Part shown: piece after piece, positions 10,801 through 20,170 of the stretch | Layout: each line of letters opens with the position of its first letter | How positions within the stretch are numbered: position 1 is the stretch's first letter | From: an uncultured Bacteroidota bacterium | GTDB lineage: Bacteria; Bacteroidota; Bacteroidia; AKYH767-A; OLB10 | Assembly (NCBI GenBank): GCA_903881665.1 | Contig: CAIRUC010000057.1 | Coordinates: 34,538 to 98,537 of the forward strand | Length of the DNA: 64,000 bases | Direction: 5' to 3' | Program-made: the position numbers and the translations under genes | Notes under the pieces: model-generated | What the model saw: the letters and a program-made list of their open reading frames with translations, nothing else | Databases searched by the model: none | What the model was told of the DNA's origin: nothing

Positions 10801-12274
10801 CTCCATTAATTGTTATTCCGATACACTCTGCACCTGCTGCTGTATAGGCATACACTTTATCCTCGCCCGATTCATACAACGTTCCGCATGAGCCTACACT
10901 AGCATTAGAATAATCATTCCCCATACATGCAGTTGTTTCATTACTTGCAGCATAAGGCAAACTAGAAATAGCTACTGGATTTCCGCAAGTTGCGCCGAGC
11001 AATAATGCAACTGGGGCTGAAATAGAAATATCATAAGGATTACAAGTTGGAGTAGACCAAGAATCAATAACCAAATAATATATATGACCTGCAATAACGT
11101 TTGCGCATAAAGATTTACTTCCAGTAGAACTTTGCTCAAAGGCAACGCAAGTCCCTGCAGTACCTGAGCAACTTGTATTTGACGGACAACCGTCGAATAA
11201 AGTAATGCCAGTATACGATCCTGAAGAGGATAATACACTAGAAATATTTCCTGTTACGGAAGGAGTAAACACAAAAACCTCATCTTCTCCAGTATAATAC
11301 AATGTACTTCCACAAGAGATAGCATTCAAACTAGTTATATCATCTATTTTTCCACAAGTAGTTCGACCCATTGAGGAATACGGCAATGTAATATTATTGA
11401 CTCCAGTACCTAAGGCACATCCGCCAACTGTTACTGGGGCAGAAATTGTAAGATTTGTAAACGGATTACAACTAGGTGCTGGAAAAACATCTAAAATTAA
11501 ATAGTACGTTTTACCTCCGGTTAGGCACGCAGTAATCGATTGATTCCCCAATGAACTTTGCGACACTTGAACACACGATCCTCCTTGCCCATTTAACGGA
11601 CAACCATCATATAGCATTAAACCATTATACGTTCCAGTAGAAGTAAGATTAATTGCAACTGTTCCTGTAGTTGAGGGCGTAAAAACCCACACCATATCTT
11701 CACCACCAAGATAAAAAGAGCTTCCGCACACCGTTACATTTGCAGAAGTTAGATCATTCCCTTTTCCGCAAGTAGTACCGACACCTGAAGCATACGGCAA
11801 AGAAGCCACTGCAATTGTTCCTGCACCTAATCCAGAAGGGCACGTTAATGAAGCCGACATTTTATAAACAAAAGTTCCAATATTAGTTTGGCTAGCACAA
11901 TTGTACATAGTAACTAAAACTCTATACGTTCCAGCTGTTACGCAAAGCCAATTTAAATACGACTGAAGGCCGCAATTATCATCATTATAGCCTCCTACAA
12001 CAGGATTCCCAGCATTATCTAAAATTGTTATTTGAGTATCGTATGTGGAAAGTCCACCATCTGCGGTACAAAAAGAAAAATAATAATTAAAACCGGCAGT
12101 AGCAGTAAATGTAAAATAATTATTTCCATTAATATTGGTTGTTCCAACCGATTGCCACGAAGCAGTAGGAGTAATTGCAGCACCCAAAGTACCACCAGTA
12201 CATTGCGCATTTAATTCTTTCGCTGAAACAATTAAGTAAATTGCCAAAAATAGACATCGGTAAAAATTATTCAT
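7853..12274 (-). CDS. Giant (1473 aa) cysteine-rich repeat protein with Fn3-like domain and T9SS CTD
   Basis: Signal peptide ...AKELNAQ, tandem ~135-aa Cys-rich modules and an Fn3-like segment (KLNWRIYESNDLSGFELWRSTNG). C-terminal CTD is LSPNPLSEY...GLYLLRVYHGE..VKVMV. Confidence 0.8.
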   Translation of the reverse strand: MNNFYRCLFLAIYLIVSAKELNAQCTGGTLGAAITPTASWQSVGTTNINGNNYFTFTATAGFNYYFSFCTADGGLSTYDTQITILDNAGNPVVGGYNDDNCGLQSYLNWLCVTAGTYRVLVTMYNCASQTNIGTFVYKMSASLTCPSGLGAGTIAVASLPYASGVGTTCGKGNDLTSANVTVCGSSFYLGGEDMVWVFTPSTTGTVAINLTSTGTYNGLMLYDGCPLNGQGGSCVQVSQSSLGNQSITACLTGGKTYYLILDVFPAPSCNPFTNLTISAPVTVGGCALGTGVNNITLPYSSMGRTTCGKIDDITSLNAISCGSTLYYTGEDEVFVFTPSVTGNISSVLSSSGSYTGITLFDGCPSNTSCSGTAGTCVAFEQSSTGSKSLCANVIAGHIYYLVIDSWSTPTCNPYDISISAPVALLLGATCGNPVAISSLPYAASNETTACMGNDYSNASVGSCGTLYESGEDKVYAYTAAGAECIGITINGASTNSIGYQVYRGCPGSTGTTCIAGGGGANSGTLTGSIILPAAGTYYIIIDTWASPNNAQYNIALTSFGAGATNDLPCNATPLILGIPYSGANNCSGGSGEPAVPSCWITPNALNTVWYSVQAPASGQLRVRVIPNSLTNPQLAVYSGTCGNAMSLVGCNDDAVSCGTTTNYSCDLSLTGLLSGLNYYIMVDGYAGLAGTFSVLAMDGTQALTPLNNGQDCGVYLPVCDTSMSFGDPGFQSFGNICDFPGGGNNCLLSGERSSVWFEIPINANGNLSFSVVPKDWPGSPSTAGTDYDFAVWKTVGAGAVNCSAIAAGGTPISCNYSALGVTGCFGNTIGTPPAAYPGFGTSFNTSIPVLAGETYVLVVSNFTNSTSGFDIVFGNTSPLNYSATGTRSTWSGGVDTDWFKSANWGGCPVPTCYRDAIINGGIVIQPTVFSAGATCKTLTINPGATLTLNAGLTLSVCEHFINYGGFSASLTSTVLFGNAAVNQNMDGNLTVPNAFGNVSIAKTGGIVTMLQNADSKGSFSLTNATSSFTMNTKNLKVGGNFSNIGTFVPSTGVLEFNGFAAQTYLNTGLAGAEVSKVKMNHSSTGLTLLSNMTINSAGSLDLTLGKIITNAFEVSVKNRASIAVSSGNATSFVQGYLRRYLLTQGSYDFPVGEVTKAYQRMNLNFNNSTLPTAIDNIVTNFLLHPVLPIALGITECGATYSSPALNNGYWNPVASATPASGQFDITLYNTNYSNVANRWTIQTQNGSSWVAATGTCVISPVTAVQRLGVTGVAPFSTAQGPSPLAIDFVSLNAVPAEKSIKLNWRIYESNDLSGFELWRSTNGVDYERIDWMDALKGIQQNGEVAFFDNDYTVLENVIYFYKVKSVSSNGQEKYSDIVSASVNFNLSGISLSPNPLSEYSVLSVVLKQESRFKVELTDLEGRVLLLLCDKICRKGKQELMISKSELKLNSGLYLLRVYHGETVEYVKVMVAEK
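10598..11842 (-). repeat. Three tandem protein-level repeats (~131-137 aa each) inside the giant T9SS protein
   Basis: Repeats span aa 145-281, 286-422 and 429-559. They share LPY-x(6-7)-TxCG, CG(S/T)xxYxxGED(x)V(x)(x)(F/Y)T, (Y/F/R)(D/G)GCP and YY(L/I)(I/V)(L/I)D. Diverged copies lie at aa 25-140 and 569-697. The repeats are diverged at DNA level. Confidence 0.7.
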
Positions 12275-12281
12275 CAGGGAA

Positions 12282-12650
12282 TTACTTTTTAATTAATGTG
12301 TAAGCGTGCAATCCTCCTTTGCAATTTGCCTCTACTTGTTCTTTTGATGCACCTACTTTCAATATCCCATCGATATGCAACTCCTTTAATAATAAAAGTG
12401 GATCCTGAATACTCGAAAAACTCTGCTCCAACACATCAAATACAATCCATCCTTGATCGGCACAATATTCCACTAGATTAACACCAGAAGTTGCCTCCAC
12501 CTGTTCAAATAAATAGGGCAATGTTTTCTCAACTGTAAATGTTGGTATTTCTACAATTATTTGATAGGACTTACTGCTTGTCTGCGAAAATGTTTGAATA
12601 ACATTAAAGCATACAAATATTAAAATAAAGAATTGTTTACGATAACTCAT
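12282..12650 (-). CDS. Small secreted hypothetical protein
   Basis: Start taken at ATG 12650 (MSYRKQFFILIFVCFNVIQTFSQ is a signal peptide). Lies 7 nt upstream of the giant T9SS gene, same strand. Confidence 0.5.
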   Translation of the reverse strand: MSYRKQFFILIFVCFNVIQTFSQTSSKSYQIIVEIPTFTVEKTLPYLFEQVEATSGVNLVEYCADQGWIVFDVLEQSFSSIQDPLLLLKELHIDGILKVGASKEQVEANCKGGLHAYTLIKK

Positions 12651-12831
12651 GCAACACAATTTGGTTGGGGTTGGGGCTATGCCAAAAGCCTATTTTAAGT
12701 ATAAAAATTAAAAGTACTTCTTTTTTTTAAAATATACAATTATTTTAGTCACACAGAATATATTATTGCTAATAAAAGGGGCATACATGGATAAAAGATG
12801 GCATTTAGAGAGATTTTCTCATCTTTGCTAA

Positions 12832-13446
12832 ATGAGAGGATTACCCATCATTACAATGCTCCTTTTTTGGGCTACTATTCAAACAGGAAGTGCTCAAAAT
12901 TTCAAGGGAGAACTATTTGCGGGAGCTGTAGGAAGTCAGGTTTCAGGTGATGAACTATCGGGATTTAACAAAGGCGGCATTGCCATTGGAGCAGGCGTAC
13001 GTTTAGATCTGAACGAAAAGTCAAGCATCGGTTTTCGCATTGGCTACCTTCAAAAGGGTAGTAGAAAGCCGAGTGCGGCGACAGATCTAGCTCCCACCTT
13101 TTATCTTATGCGTTTACATTACATTGAAATGCCAATTCTATACCGATATAGATTGGGAAATAAATTATATTTTGAAGCAGGGCCTTCGCTTGGATATCTA
13201 TTCGGTGCTTACGAAGAAGACCAAGATGGAGAAATGGCTTACATGAAACCATTTTTAAAATTCGATCTAAGTATGAACGGCGTATTAGGTTATCCGTTAG
13301 GCAAAAACTGGGATTTTCAATTTGGGGGCATCCAATCTATTCTTCCGATAAGGGAACATGGCGCGGGATCAACCTACAGACTAAACAAAGGACAATACAA
13401 TACTGTTATTACTTTTGAATTTCTGAAGACATTTGGAAGCAACTAA
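12832..13446 (+). CDS. Outer-membrane beta-barrel protein (PorT/OMP_b-brl-like)
   Basis: Signal peptide ...IQTGSAQ, alternating amphipathic beta-strand pattern, aromatic C-terminal region (ITFEFLKTF). Confidence 0.6.
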   Translation: MRGLPIITMLLFWATIQTGSAQNFKGELFAGAVGSQVSGDELSGFNKGGIAIGAGVRLDLNEKSSIGFRIGYLQKGSRKPSAATDLAPTFYLMRLHYIEMPILYRYRLGNKLYFEAGPSLGYLFGAYEEDQDGEMAYMKPFLKFDLSMNGVLGYPLGKNWDFQFGGIQSILPIREHGAGSTYRLNKGQYNTVITFEFLKTFGSN

Positions 13447-14020
13447 AAATATTGTGAAAAAGAAAAAAATCGTTGTTGCAGTAACCGGTGCTAGTGGTGC
13501 TATTTACGCTAAAGTTTTACTTGAAAAGCTACAATCTTTAAAAGATCAAATTGAAACCATAGGAATGGTTTTTAGTGATAATGCTAGGGCTGTTTGGGAG
13601 CATGAACTAGGCAACCGCGATTTCGAAAAAATTCCATTTAGCCTCTACGACAAAAACAATTTCATGGCCCCATTTGCGTCGGGCTCGGCTCAATATGATA
13701 CAATGATAATATGTCCTTGTTCAATGGGGACACTCGCTCGAATTGCTCACGGAATCAGTAATGATTTAACCACAAGGGCTGCAGATGTAATTTTAAAGGA
13801 AAGAAGAAAGTTGATTTTAGTGACTAGAGACACCCCCATTAGCCTAATTCACATCGAAAACATGAGAACGGTAACTTTAGCAGGTGGAATTATTGTACCG
13901 GCAAGTCCAAGTTTTTATAGCCGCCCTAAATCATTCGAGGATTTAGCCTCAACAGTTATCGATCGTGTACTGGATTTGGCCAACGTTGATAACGTAACAT
14001 ACAGATGGAGTGAGGATTAA
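13433..14020 (+). CDS. ubiX: Flavin prenyltransferase UbiX
   Basis: KKIVVAVTGASGAIYA, MIICPCSMGTLARIAHG and LTTRAADVILKERRKLILVTRDTP are characteristic UbiX/Pad1 blocks. Size is 195 aa. Confidence 0.85.
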   Translation: MEATKNIVKKKKIVVAVTGASGAIYAKVLLEKLQSLKDQIETIGMVFSDNARAVWEHELGNRDFEKIPFSLYDKNNFMAPFASGSAQYDTMIICPCSMGTLARIAHGISNDLTTRAADVILKERRKLILVTRDTPISLIHIENMRTVTLAGGIIVPASPSFYSRPKSFEDLASTVIDRVLDLANVDNVTYRWSED

Positions 14021-14120
14021 GTGTTTCACACCACCCGCTATGCAAGATTTTGAGGTTTTTTATGTTATTTCGTTTCTAGTTGTATTAATTTAGAGTTCCA
14101 TTCAGCAACAAAAAACGTTT

Positions 14121-14312
14121 ATGTTTGAATATTCAAAAGAAATCCTCACGAAAGTTAGTTTCGATAGAACATTATTTAACAAGGAATTAGTAAAAGCTAT
14201 TAAATGGCTAAAAGTAGATGAGCGTAAATTATTAATGATGTGGTGCCTAGCCACATTCGGAAATAAATATAGCGATGTTATTGCCCAGGCTTTTCGCCAT
14301 GTGGTAAAATAA
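14121..14312 (+). CDS. Small hypothetical protein (63 aa)
   Basis: ORF only, no recognisable motif. 3' end overlaps the convergent queG by 35 nt. Confidence 0.35.
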   Translation: MFEYSKEILTKVSFDRTLFNKELVKAIKWLKVDERKLLMMWCLATFGNKYSDVIAQAFRHVVK

Positions 14313-15219
14313 ATTTCAAATTCCTTTTGATTCCTTCTAATCCCGTTCTTAAAAGCGGAGATTCTTTGAATTTTTCTTTAAAAATTTCTGCTGTCATTTC
14401 CTCCCAATCGCTATAACTCATAGAAGAAAATTCATTTCTTTTTAAAAATGCATTTTCTGAAGTTGGTTTTGAAAATTTATTCCAAGGACAAACATCTTGA
14501 CAGGTATCACAACCGAAAGCCCAATTTTCGAATTGCCCTTTATAACTTAACGGAATTGCTTCTTTCAATTCGATAGTGAAATACGAAATACACTTACTTC
14601 CATCTACTACTTTTGGCGCAACGATTGCCTGCGTTGGACAAGCATCAATGCACTTTGTACATGTTCCACAGTAATCGCGTAAAGGACCATCGGGTTCTAA
14701 TTCTAAATCAATAATTAATTCGGCTATAAAAAAGAAAGAACCATGTTTTGGATGAATTAGATTTCCATTTTTACCGATCCAACCTAATCCACTTTTTTTA
14801 GCCCAAGCTCTATCGAGAACGGGAGCAGAATCAACGAATGCACGACCATTTACCTCTCCTATTTTTTCACGAATAAATTCAGTTAGCGATTTTAGCTTTT
14901 CTTTTATTACAAAATGATAATCTTTTCCGTAGGCGTATTTCGAAATTTTAGGCAATCCTTCAGACTGCATTTCTTCAGGAAAATAATTCAACAAAAGTGA
15001 TACAACTGTTTTTGCATCATCAACCAGTAATCGAGGATCGAGGCGTTTATCGAACCAGCGTTCCATATAGCTCATCTTTCCTTGATAATTATTAGAAAGC
15101 CATTGATCCAAACGAGGAGCTTCTTCCTCTAAAAATTCGGCACGCGAAAAACCCACATGATCGAAACCAAGACGAATTGCTTCTTCACGAATTAAATCAC
15201 GGTTTTTATTGGCCGACAT
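14278..15219 (-). CDS. queG: Epoxyqueuosine reductase QueG
   Basis: Two 4Fe-4S ferredoxin motifs ([12 protein letters not shown] and [11 protein letters not shown]), CISYFTIE and the N-terminal DUF1730-like region. Size is 313 aa. Confidence 0.85.
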   Translation of the reverse strand: MSANKNRDLIREEAIRLGFDHVGFSRAEFLEEEAPRLDQWLSNNYQGKMSYMERWFDKRLDPRLLVDDAKTVVSLLLNYFPEEMQSEGLPKISKYAYGKDYHFVIKEKLKSLTEFIREKIGEVNGRAFVDSAPVLDRAWAKKSGLGWIGKNGNLIHPKHGSFFFIAELIIDLELEPDGPLRDYCGTCTKCIDACPTQAIVAPKVVDGSKCISYFTIELKEAIPLSYKGQFENWAFGCDTCQDVCPWNKFSKPTSENAFLKRNEFSSMSYSDWEEMTAEIFKEKFKESPLLRTGLEGIKRNLKFILPHGEKPGQ

Positions 15220-15254
15220 ACTATCAAAAAAATTAACTGAGGTATAAAAAAGAA

Positions 15255-16292
15255 TTATTCGAGATCTTCAAACAAGGTCCCTTTCGCCTTCTTGAACGAC
15301 TTGCCTAAATGTCGGTAAGCCTTCTCTGTTACCTCTCTTCCTCGAGGAGTACGCACTAAAAACCCTTCCATAATCAAGAATGGTTCGTATACTTCTTCAA
15401 TCGTACCTCCTTCTTCACCTACCGCAGTTGCAATAGTTGTTAAACCTACAGGCCCGCCCTTGAACTTATCGATAATAGCAGATAAAATTCGATTATCCAT
15501 CTCATCTAATCCGAATTCATCAACATTTAAATTAGTAAGTGAGTATTGCGCAATTGACAAATCAATGTATCCATTTCCTTTAATCTGCGCAAAATCACGA
15601 ACACGTCGTAAGAGTGCGTTAGCGATACGCGGGGTTCCTCTACTTCTTCGTGCGATTTCGAAAGCTGCGTCTTCAGCGATTCCAATTTTCAATATTTCAG
15701 ATGCGCGTTGAACAATTAACGTTAATCTTTTTGCATCGTAATATTCGAGTCGCGAAGTAATACCAAAACGAGCACGCAAAGGAGCAGTAAGTAATCCTGA
15801 ACGTGTAGTTGCACCAACCAATGTAAAAGGATTTAATTGAATTTGCACTGACCTCGCATTTGGTCCGCTCTCAATCATAATATCGATTCGAAAATCTTCC
15901 ATTGCCGAATACAAATACTCTTCAACAACTGGACTTAAACGATGAATCTCGTCAATAAACAAAACATCATTTGCTTCAAGATTTGTAAGTAAACCAGCAA
16001 GATCTCCTGGCTTATCTAATACAGGACCTGAAGTGGTTTTTATATTTGTTCCTAACTCATTAGAAATAATATACGCTAACGTAGTTTTTCCTAATCCTGG
16101 AGGGCCATGAAGCAATACATGATCTAATGGTTCGCCACGTTGACCAGCGGCTTTTACGAATATTTTTAAGTTCTCAATAACCTTATCCTGACCAGTAAAG
16201 TCATTAAAATCACCAGGCCTCAGAACTTTTTCAATTTCCTTCTCTGCAGAGTTCAGACGATCTTTATCGGGATCAAGATTTTGGTTATTCAT
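15255..16292 (-). CDS. ruvB: Holliday-junction branch-migration ATPase RuvB
   Basis: Walker [12 protein letters not shown], Walker [10 protein letters not shown], plus [18 protein letters not shown]. Start set to ATG 16292, which lies 4 nt after a TATTTTTG -7 box; the longer ORF would translate the promoter. Confidence 0.95.
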   Translation of the reverse strand: MNNQNLDPDKDRLNSAEKEIEKVLRPGDFNDFTGQDKVIENLKIFVKAAGQRGEPLDHVLLHGPPGLGKTTLAYIISNELGTNIKTTSGPVLDKPGDLAGLLTNLEANDVLFIDEIHRLSPVVEEYLYSAMEDFRIDIMIESGPNARSVQIQLNPFTLVGATTRSGLLTAPLRARFGITSRLEYYDAKRLTLIVQRASEILKIGIAEDAAFEIARRSRGTPRIANALLRRVRDFAQIKGNGYIDLSIAQYSLTNLNVDEFGLDEMDNRILSAIIDKFKGGPVGLTTIATAVGEEGGTIEEVYEPFLIMEGFLVRTPRGREVTEKAYRHLGKSFKKAKGTLFEDLE

Positions 16293-16296
16293 AGTA

Positions 16297-16304
16297 CAAA
16301 AATA
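16297..16304 (-). promoter_or_regulatory. Bacteroidota-type -7 promoter box TATTTTTG, 4 nt upstream of the ruvB ATG
   Basis: Minus strand reads TATTTTTG-TACT-ATG. It matches the TAnnTTTG consensus. Confidence 0.5.
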
Positions 16305-16318
16305 AGGAAACCAATTAA

Positions 16319-17230
16319 TTAAACTGACATTTTCCACAAAGCAATGGAGCGATCGTCGCCGGCAGAAAGCAAATCAGTATTATTTAGCCACAAAAGCTTA
16401 TTTACTGAGTTTACATGCCCGTCGGCGTCTTCCTTCTCTAATCGCATTATAACTTCTAATGTATCTGGATTCCAAATTTTAACAGTTTTATCGCGACTTG
16501 CGGAAGCTAAAAATGAATTGCTTTCATTCATTACTAAATCATAAATCGCATAATTATGAGCAGGAACAGACTGAACAAGGGCGTAGCTCCTTAAATTATA
16601 TTTATTAATATGAGCATCTCTACCTCCTGATAACAAAAATTCTTTTCCAGGAGATAATGTTAACGAATTTACCGAAAAGCCCTGTTGATGTGCTTGCCAT
16701 CTCTTTCCGAATGAAAAACCATCCAAATTAATTTCTTGAATTGCTCCTTCACCACATCCGAAATAAGCTTTTGCCGTATTTTCATTAAACAGCATACAAC
16801 GCACTTTGCTAGTAGATATTTTAATATTTGCCACTTGATCTAACGATTTTCTTTCGAGCACATAGAAAGACCCATCGCCGGTAAGAATAAAAATTAAATT
16901 TCCATCGGGACTTAAATTCATAGAAAAAATAGAAGTATGAGAAATCTTCAAAAGTCTTTTTTCAATTCTTTCATTTAAATCAATTACATGAATACCTCCC
17001 GAAGCTTGACCAACCAATAGCACATTCTCTTCCTTAAGTAATAAAACTGCATATATTGCATCTGAAGCTCGTGCCACCACTTCACCTTCATCGGGCGCAT
17101 CCACATTCCACTTTACTACCAGCTTATCGCCAGAACCACTATAAAAAGCATTTGCTTCACCTTTCAAAAGCGAATAAACACTTCCTTGATGTCCGCTAAA
17201 GCGAGTATTCATTGAAAACAATTTTTCCAT
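16319..17230 (-). CDS. WD40-repeat beta-propeller protein
   Basis: Repeated WD-like units ([47 protein letters not shown]). Start set to ATG 17230, 4 nt after a TACTTTTG box. Confidence 0.75.
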   Translation of the reverse strand: MEKLFSMNTRFSGHQGSVYSLLKGEANAFYSGSGDKLVVKWNVDAPDEGEVVARASDAIYAVLLLKEENVLLVGQASGGIHVIDLNERIEKRLLKISHTSIFSMNLSPDGNLIFILTGDGSFYVLERKSLDQVANIKISTSKVRCMLFNENTAKAYFGCGEGAIQEINLDGFSFGKRWQAHQQGFSVNSLTLSPGKEFLLSGGRDAHINKYNLRSYALVQSVPAHNYAIYDLVMNESNSFLASASRDKTVKIWNPDTLEVIMRLEKEDADGHVNSVNKLLWLNNTDLLSAGDDRSIALWKMSV

Positions 17231-17234
17231 GTCA

Positions 17235-17242
17235 CAAAAGTA
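17235..17242 (-). promoter_or_regulatory. -7 promoter box TACTTTTG, 4 nt upstream of the WD40 gene ATG
   Basis: Minus strand reads TACTTTTG-TGAC-ATG. Confidence 0.5.
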
Positions 17243-17323
17243 CCGTAAATGATGAAATTTAACATCAAATCTTGCCAAACAAAAAATATATTTACTTTCA
17301 CATAAAAATCAACCCACCACACT

Positions 17324-18853
17324 ATGAATAAATATTTACTTACGGCATTTATTTTCTTTTGCATTGGAGTTCAGGCCCAAACTACGTTTCAGGTAAAACT
17401 TAACGGAAATGGCTCGGAAGAAGCTGCGGGAGTAACAGAATTACCAAACGGACATTTTGTAGTTTTAAGTTCGAAATATATTAGTGGAATTAACTTAGAT
17501 TTAGTTATTACTGAAATTGATGCGAATGGAGCGCTTGTTAAAACAAAATCACTCGGAACCACAAACGGGGAACTCGCGAAAGGCATATGTAAAACGGCAG
17601 ATGGAAATTTCATTATAATTGGATCTTACTTTTCTACATCGAGTGATTATGATTTATTTGTAGCAAAAATTGACACTGGATTTAACGCTATTTGGGTAAA
17701 GCACCTTGGGGCCATAGGTGGCAACGATTATGCAAATAGTGTTTATGAAATTAGCGCAGGTAGATATGCAATTACTGGGACAACAGGAATTGGAGGAAGC
17801 GCAAGACCATCCTTTATGATTATGGATGATGCCGGAAACATTACAAAAGAATTTCATTTAAACACCAATCAATTTGCTAGTCCGAATTACAAAGCTGTTT
17901 ACCTAAACAATGGAACATTTGCTTTTTGCAATTTAACCAACTCGTTATGCATTGTTGACACCAACGGCACCATCCTTAAAAATAACAACACCAACTTCGG
18001 AACCTTTACAACGGATGCGGCATTGGGAAATGGCAGCAGACCAACCCTATTAGCTTATTCTGATTATGGCGGACCGCAAGGAGGTAGCACTTCATTTACA
18101 ACATTTGACTCAATAGGAAATACAATTGTTGCCTCAAAAAAATACAAAATAACGGGTAATGATTTTGCACCATTAAAAGTATTCCCAGCTAATAACGGAA
18201 GCTATATAATAGCATCTAATGCTTCGTCGCTTTCAAACGGAAATTATACGGGGGTTTTATTTAAAATAGATTCCGCAGGACTCGTGCAATGGGCTTACAA
18301 ATATACACCAACAGGTTCTTTAGGAAGTAAAATAAATGATATAAAACGAACTGCCGATGGAGGATTTATTGCTGTAGGATTAGAAGGCGGAGTATCAACA
18401 ACCGTACTTATTACTAAAATAGATTCAACGGGATTTGTGCAATGCAATACCACTGCAATAGTATTAACCACACAAAGTGCAACATCAATAAACACAACAC
18501 AACATAGCGTAAACCCAGGTGTTACGTCTATACTTGCAACAATTAACCCAACGCTAACCACACTCAGCAACGGAATAACAACATTATGCTCAACAGTTGG
18601 AATAAACGAATTTACAAATCAAAATGAAGCCGTTGTATATCCTAATCCTGCACACAATTTTATTTCGAGCACATTAACCATAAAAGACAACGTGTATACC
18701 ACTATCTATTCGATACAAGGAAAGGTAATGCTTCATTGTTATGGAAATGTAGACCAAAATAATATTTCACACCTACCAATGGGCCTATACATGTTTGAAG
18801 TAAAAAATAAAAATGGAAAAATAGTACAACAAAGCAAGTTTATTAAAGATTGA
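17324..18853 (+). CDS. Secreted protein with T9SS C-terminal sorting domain
   Basis: Signal peptide ...FCIGVQAQ, repetitive beta-rich body, CTD VVYPNPAHNF...GLYMFEVKNKNG. Confidence 0.7.
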   Translation: MNKYLLTAFIFFCIGVQAQTTFQVKLNGNGSEEAAGVTELPNGHFVVLSSKYISGINLDLVITEIDANGALVKTKSLGTTNGELAKGICKTADGNFIIIGSYFSTSSDYDLFVAKIDTGFNAIWVKHLGAIGGNDYANSVYEISAGRYAITGTTGIGGSARPSFMIMDDAGNITKEFHLNTNQFASPNYKAVYLNNGTFAFCNLTNSLCIVDTNGTILKNNNTNFGTFTTDAALGNGSRPTLLAYSDYGGPQGGSTSFTTFDSIGNTIVASKKYKITGNDFAPLKVFPANNGSYIIASNASSLSNGNYTGVLFKIDSAGLVQWAYKYTPTGSLGSKINDIKRTADGGFIAVGLEGGVSTTVLITKIDSTGFVQCNTTAIVLTTQSATSINTTQHSVNPGVTSILATINPTLTTLSNGITTLCSTVGINEFTNQNEAVVYPNPAHNFISSTLTIKDNVYTTIYSIQGKVMLHCYGNVDQNNISHLPMGLYMFEVKNKNGKIVQQSKFIKD

Positions 18854-18874
18854 TTAAAGTCTAAATATCATTTT

Positions 18875-18905
18875 CAGCGATCCTAAATAAGGATCGCTGT
18901 TTTTA
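18875..18905 (+). terminator. Rho-independent terminator
   Basis: CAGCGATCC-taaataa-GGATCGCTG, a perfect 9-bp stem, followed by TTTTTATTT. Confidence 0.85.
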
Positions 18906-18930
18906 TTTAATTTTACGTTATCAAAATGAA

Positions 18931-19698
18931 ATGAGAAAAGAAGAAAAAGTCCTTTTAAATAATTTTGTTCCTGCTATCCTATTCCTAGCAACAATTTGGT
19001 TAGTAAAAGGTATTGAAATTTATTACAACATCTCATTTGCGTCACATGGAATTTTTCCAAGAGCTACTGAACATTTAGACGGAATTTTGTTTATGCCCTT
19101 TTTGCACAACGACCTAAAGCATCTTTTTTCTAATTCCATTCCATTATTAATATTAGGCGGAGCAATGGCAACCTTTTACAAAGAAGTTTACCTACGCGTT
19201 TTCTTTTCCATATGGTTTTTACATGGCATTTGGCTATGGGTTGGAGGAAGGCCAGCTTATCATATTGGCGCAAGCGGAATAATTTACGGATTAGCATCCT
19301 TTATCTTTTTTGGCGGGGTATTTAGAAGGGAAAAAGGCATGATGGCATTATCGCTGCTGGTAGTATTTCTATATGGCAGTATGATATGGGGGTTATTGCC
19401 ATTGTTTGAAGGAATGAGCTGGGAGGCCCATTTATTTGGAGCATTATCAGGTGCGTTATTATCATGGCATTACCGAAAATCGGGCATACAACGACCCATC
19501 TACCATTGGGAGCTTGAAGAAGACGATGACCCTGAAATGATTTATATTGAAGGTGATGCTCCAATTGACAACGAACAATTATCTTCGCTTGAGCATAACG
19601 AGCCATCAGACGAAACTCAAGCAGGGCCTAAAAGCGAATTAAAAATTTATTACGATTTCAAACCTAAAGAAAGGAATAACGATGATGTTAAAAATTGA
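18931..19698 (+). CDS. Rhomboid-family intramembrane serine protease
   Basis: Multi-TM protein with the catalytic-Ser block HIGASGIIYGL and a downstream His (EAHLFGALSG). Acidic C-terminal tail. Confidence 0.75.
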   Translation: MRKEEKVLLNNFVPAILFLATIWLVKGIEIYYNISFASHGIFPRATEHLDGILFMPFLHNDLKHLFSNSIPLLILGGAMATFYKEVYLRVFFSIWFLHGIWLWVGGRPAYHIGASGIIYGLASFIFFGGVFRREKGMMALSLLVVFLYGSMIWGLLPLFEGMSWEAHLFGALSGALLSWHYRKSGIQRPIYHWELEEDDDPEMIYIEGDAPIDNEQLSSLEHNEPSDETQAGPKSELKIYYDFKPKERNNDDVKN

Positions 19699-20089
19699 AC
19701 ACATAGGAATTGCGGTTAAAAATATCGAAGCTTCGAATCAGCTTTTTGCAAAAATATTTAACGCTTCACATTACAAAACAGAAGTCATAGCATCTGAAGG
19801 GGTAAATACCTCATTTTTTCAAGTGGGTGAAAATAAAATTGAATTACTTGAAGCTACACATACTGATTCACCCATTGCAAAATTCATAGAGAAAAAGGGA
19901 GAAGGCATACATCATATAGCATTTGATGTAAAAGATATTTTATCGGAAATGAAACGACTAGAAAAAGAAGGATTTATTTTATTAAACAAAGAACCAAAGC
20001 TGGGTGCCGACAATAAACTAGTTTGTTTCCTTCACCCTAAAGAAACAAATGGTGTTTTAATTGAATTGTGTCAAGAAAGAAAAGAATAA
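19682..20089 (+). CDS. mce: Methylmalonyl-CoA epimerase (VOC family)
   Basis: 135 aa. IEHIGIAVKNIE, GEGIHHIAFDVKDI and NGVLIELCQ are typical of the epimerase/glyoxalase fold. Confidence 0.8.
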   Translation: MMLKIEHIGIAVKNIEASNQLFAKIFNASHYKTEVIASEGVNTSFFQVGENKIELLEATHTDSPIAKFIEKKGEGIHHIAFDVKDILSEMKRLEKEGFILLNKEPKLGADNKLVCFLHPKETNGVLIELCQERKE

Positions 20090-20170
20090 TTAACGAGACT
20101 ATTATTTAATTTTGTTTCTATTCATTGACCCAACTATACTTTTAGATTTAGAATGCTGCTATAGTGGAAA

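Noticed and set aside
12663-12676. G-run GGTTGGGGTTGGGG (possible G-quadruplex) in the 12651-12831 intergenic region.
   Set aside because: There are only three G-tracts, one of which is GG, which is not enough for a canonical intramolecular G4.
18902-18918. Identical 17-mer TTTATTTAATTTTACGT at 18902-18918 and 43560-43576, both just upstream of plus-strand gene starts.
   Set aside because: The sequence is AT-rich and of low complexity. A rough estimate suggests a few such chance matches are expected in 64 kb of this composition. It resembles a degenerate -7 box (TAATTTTA) rather than a mobile-element end.
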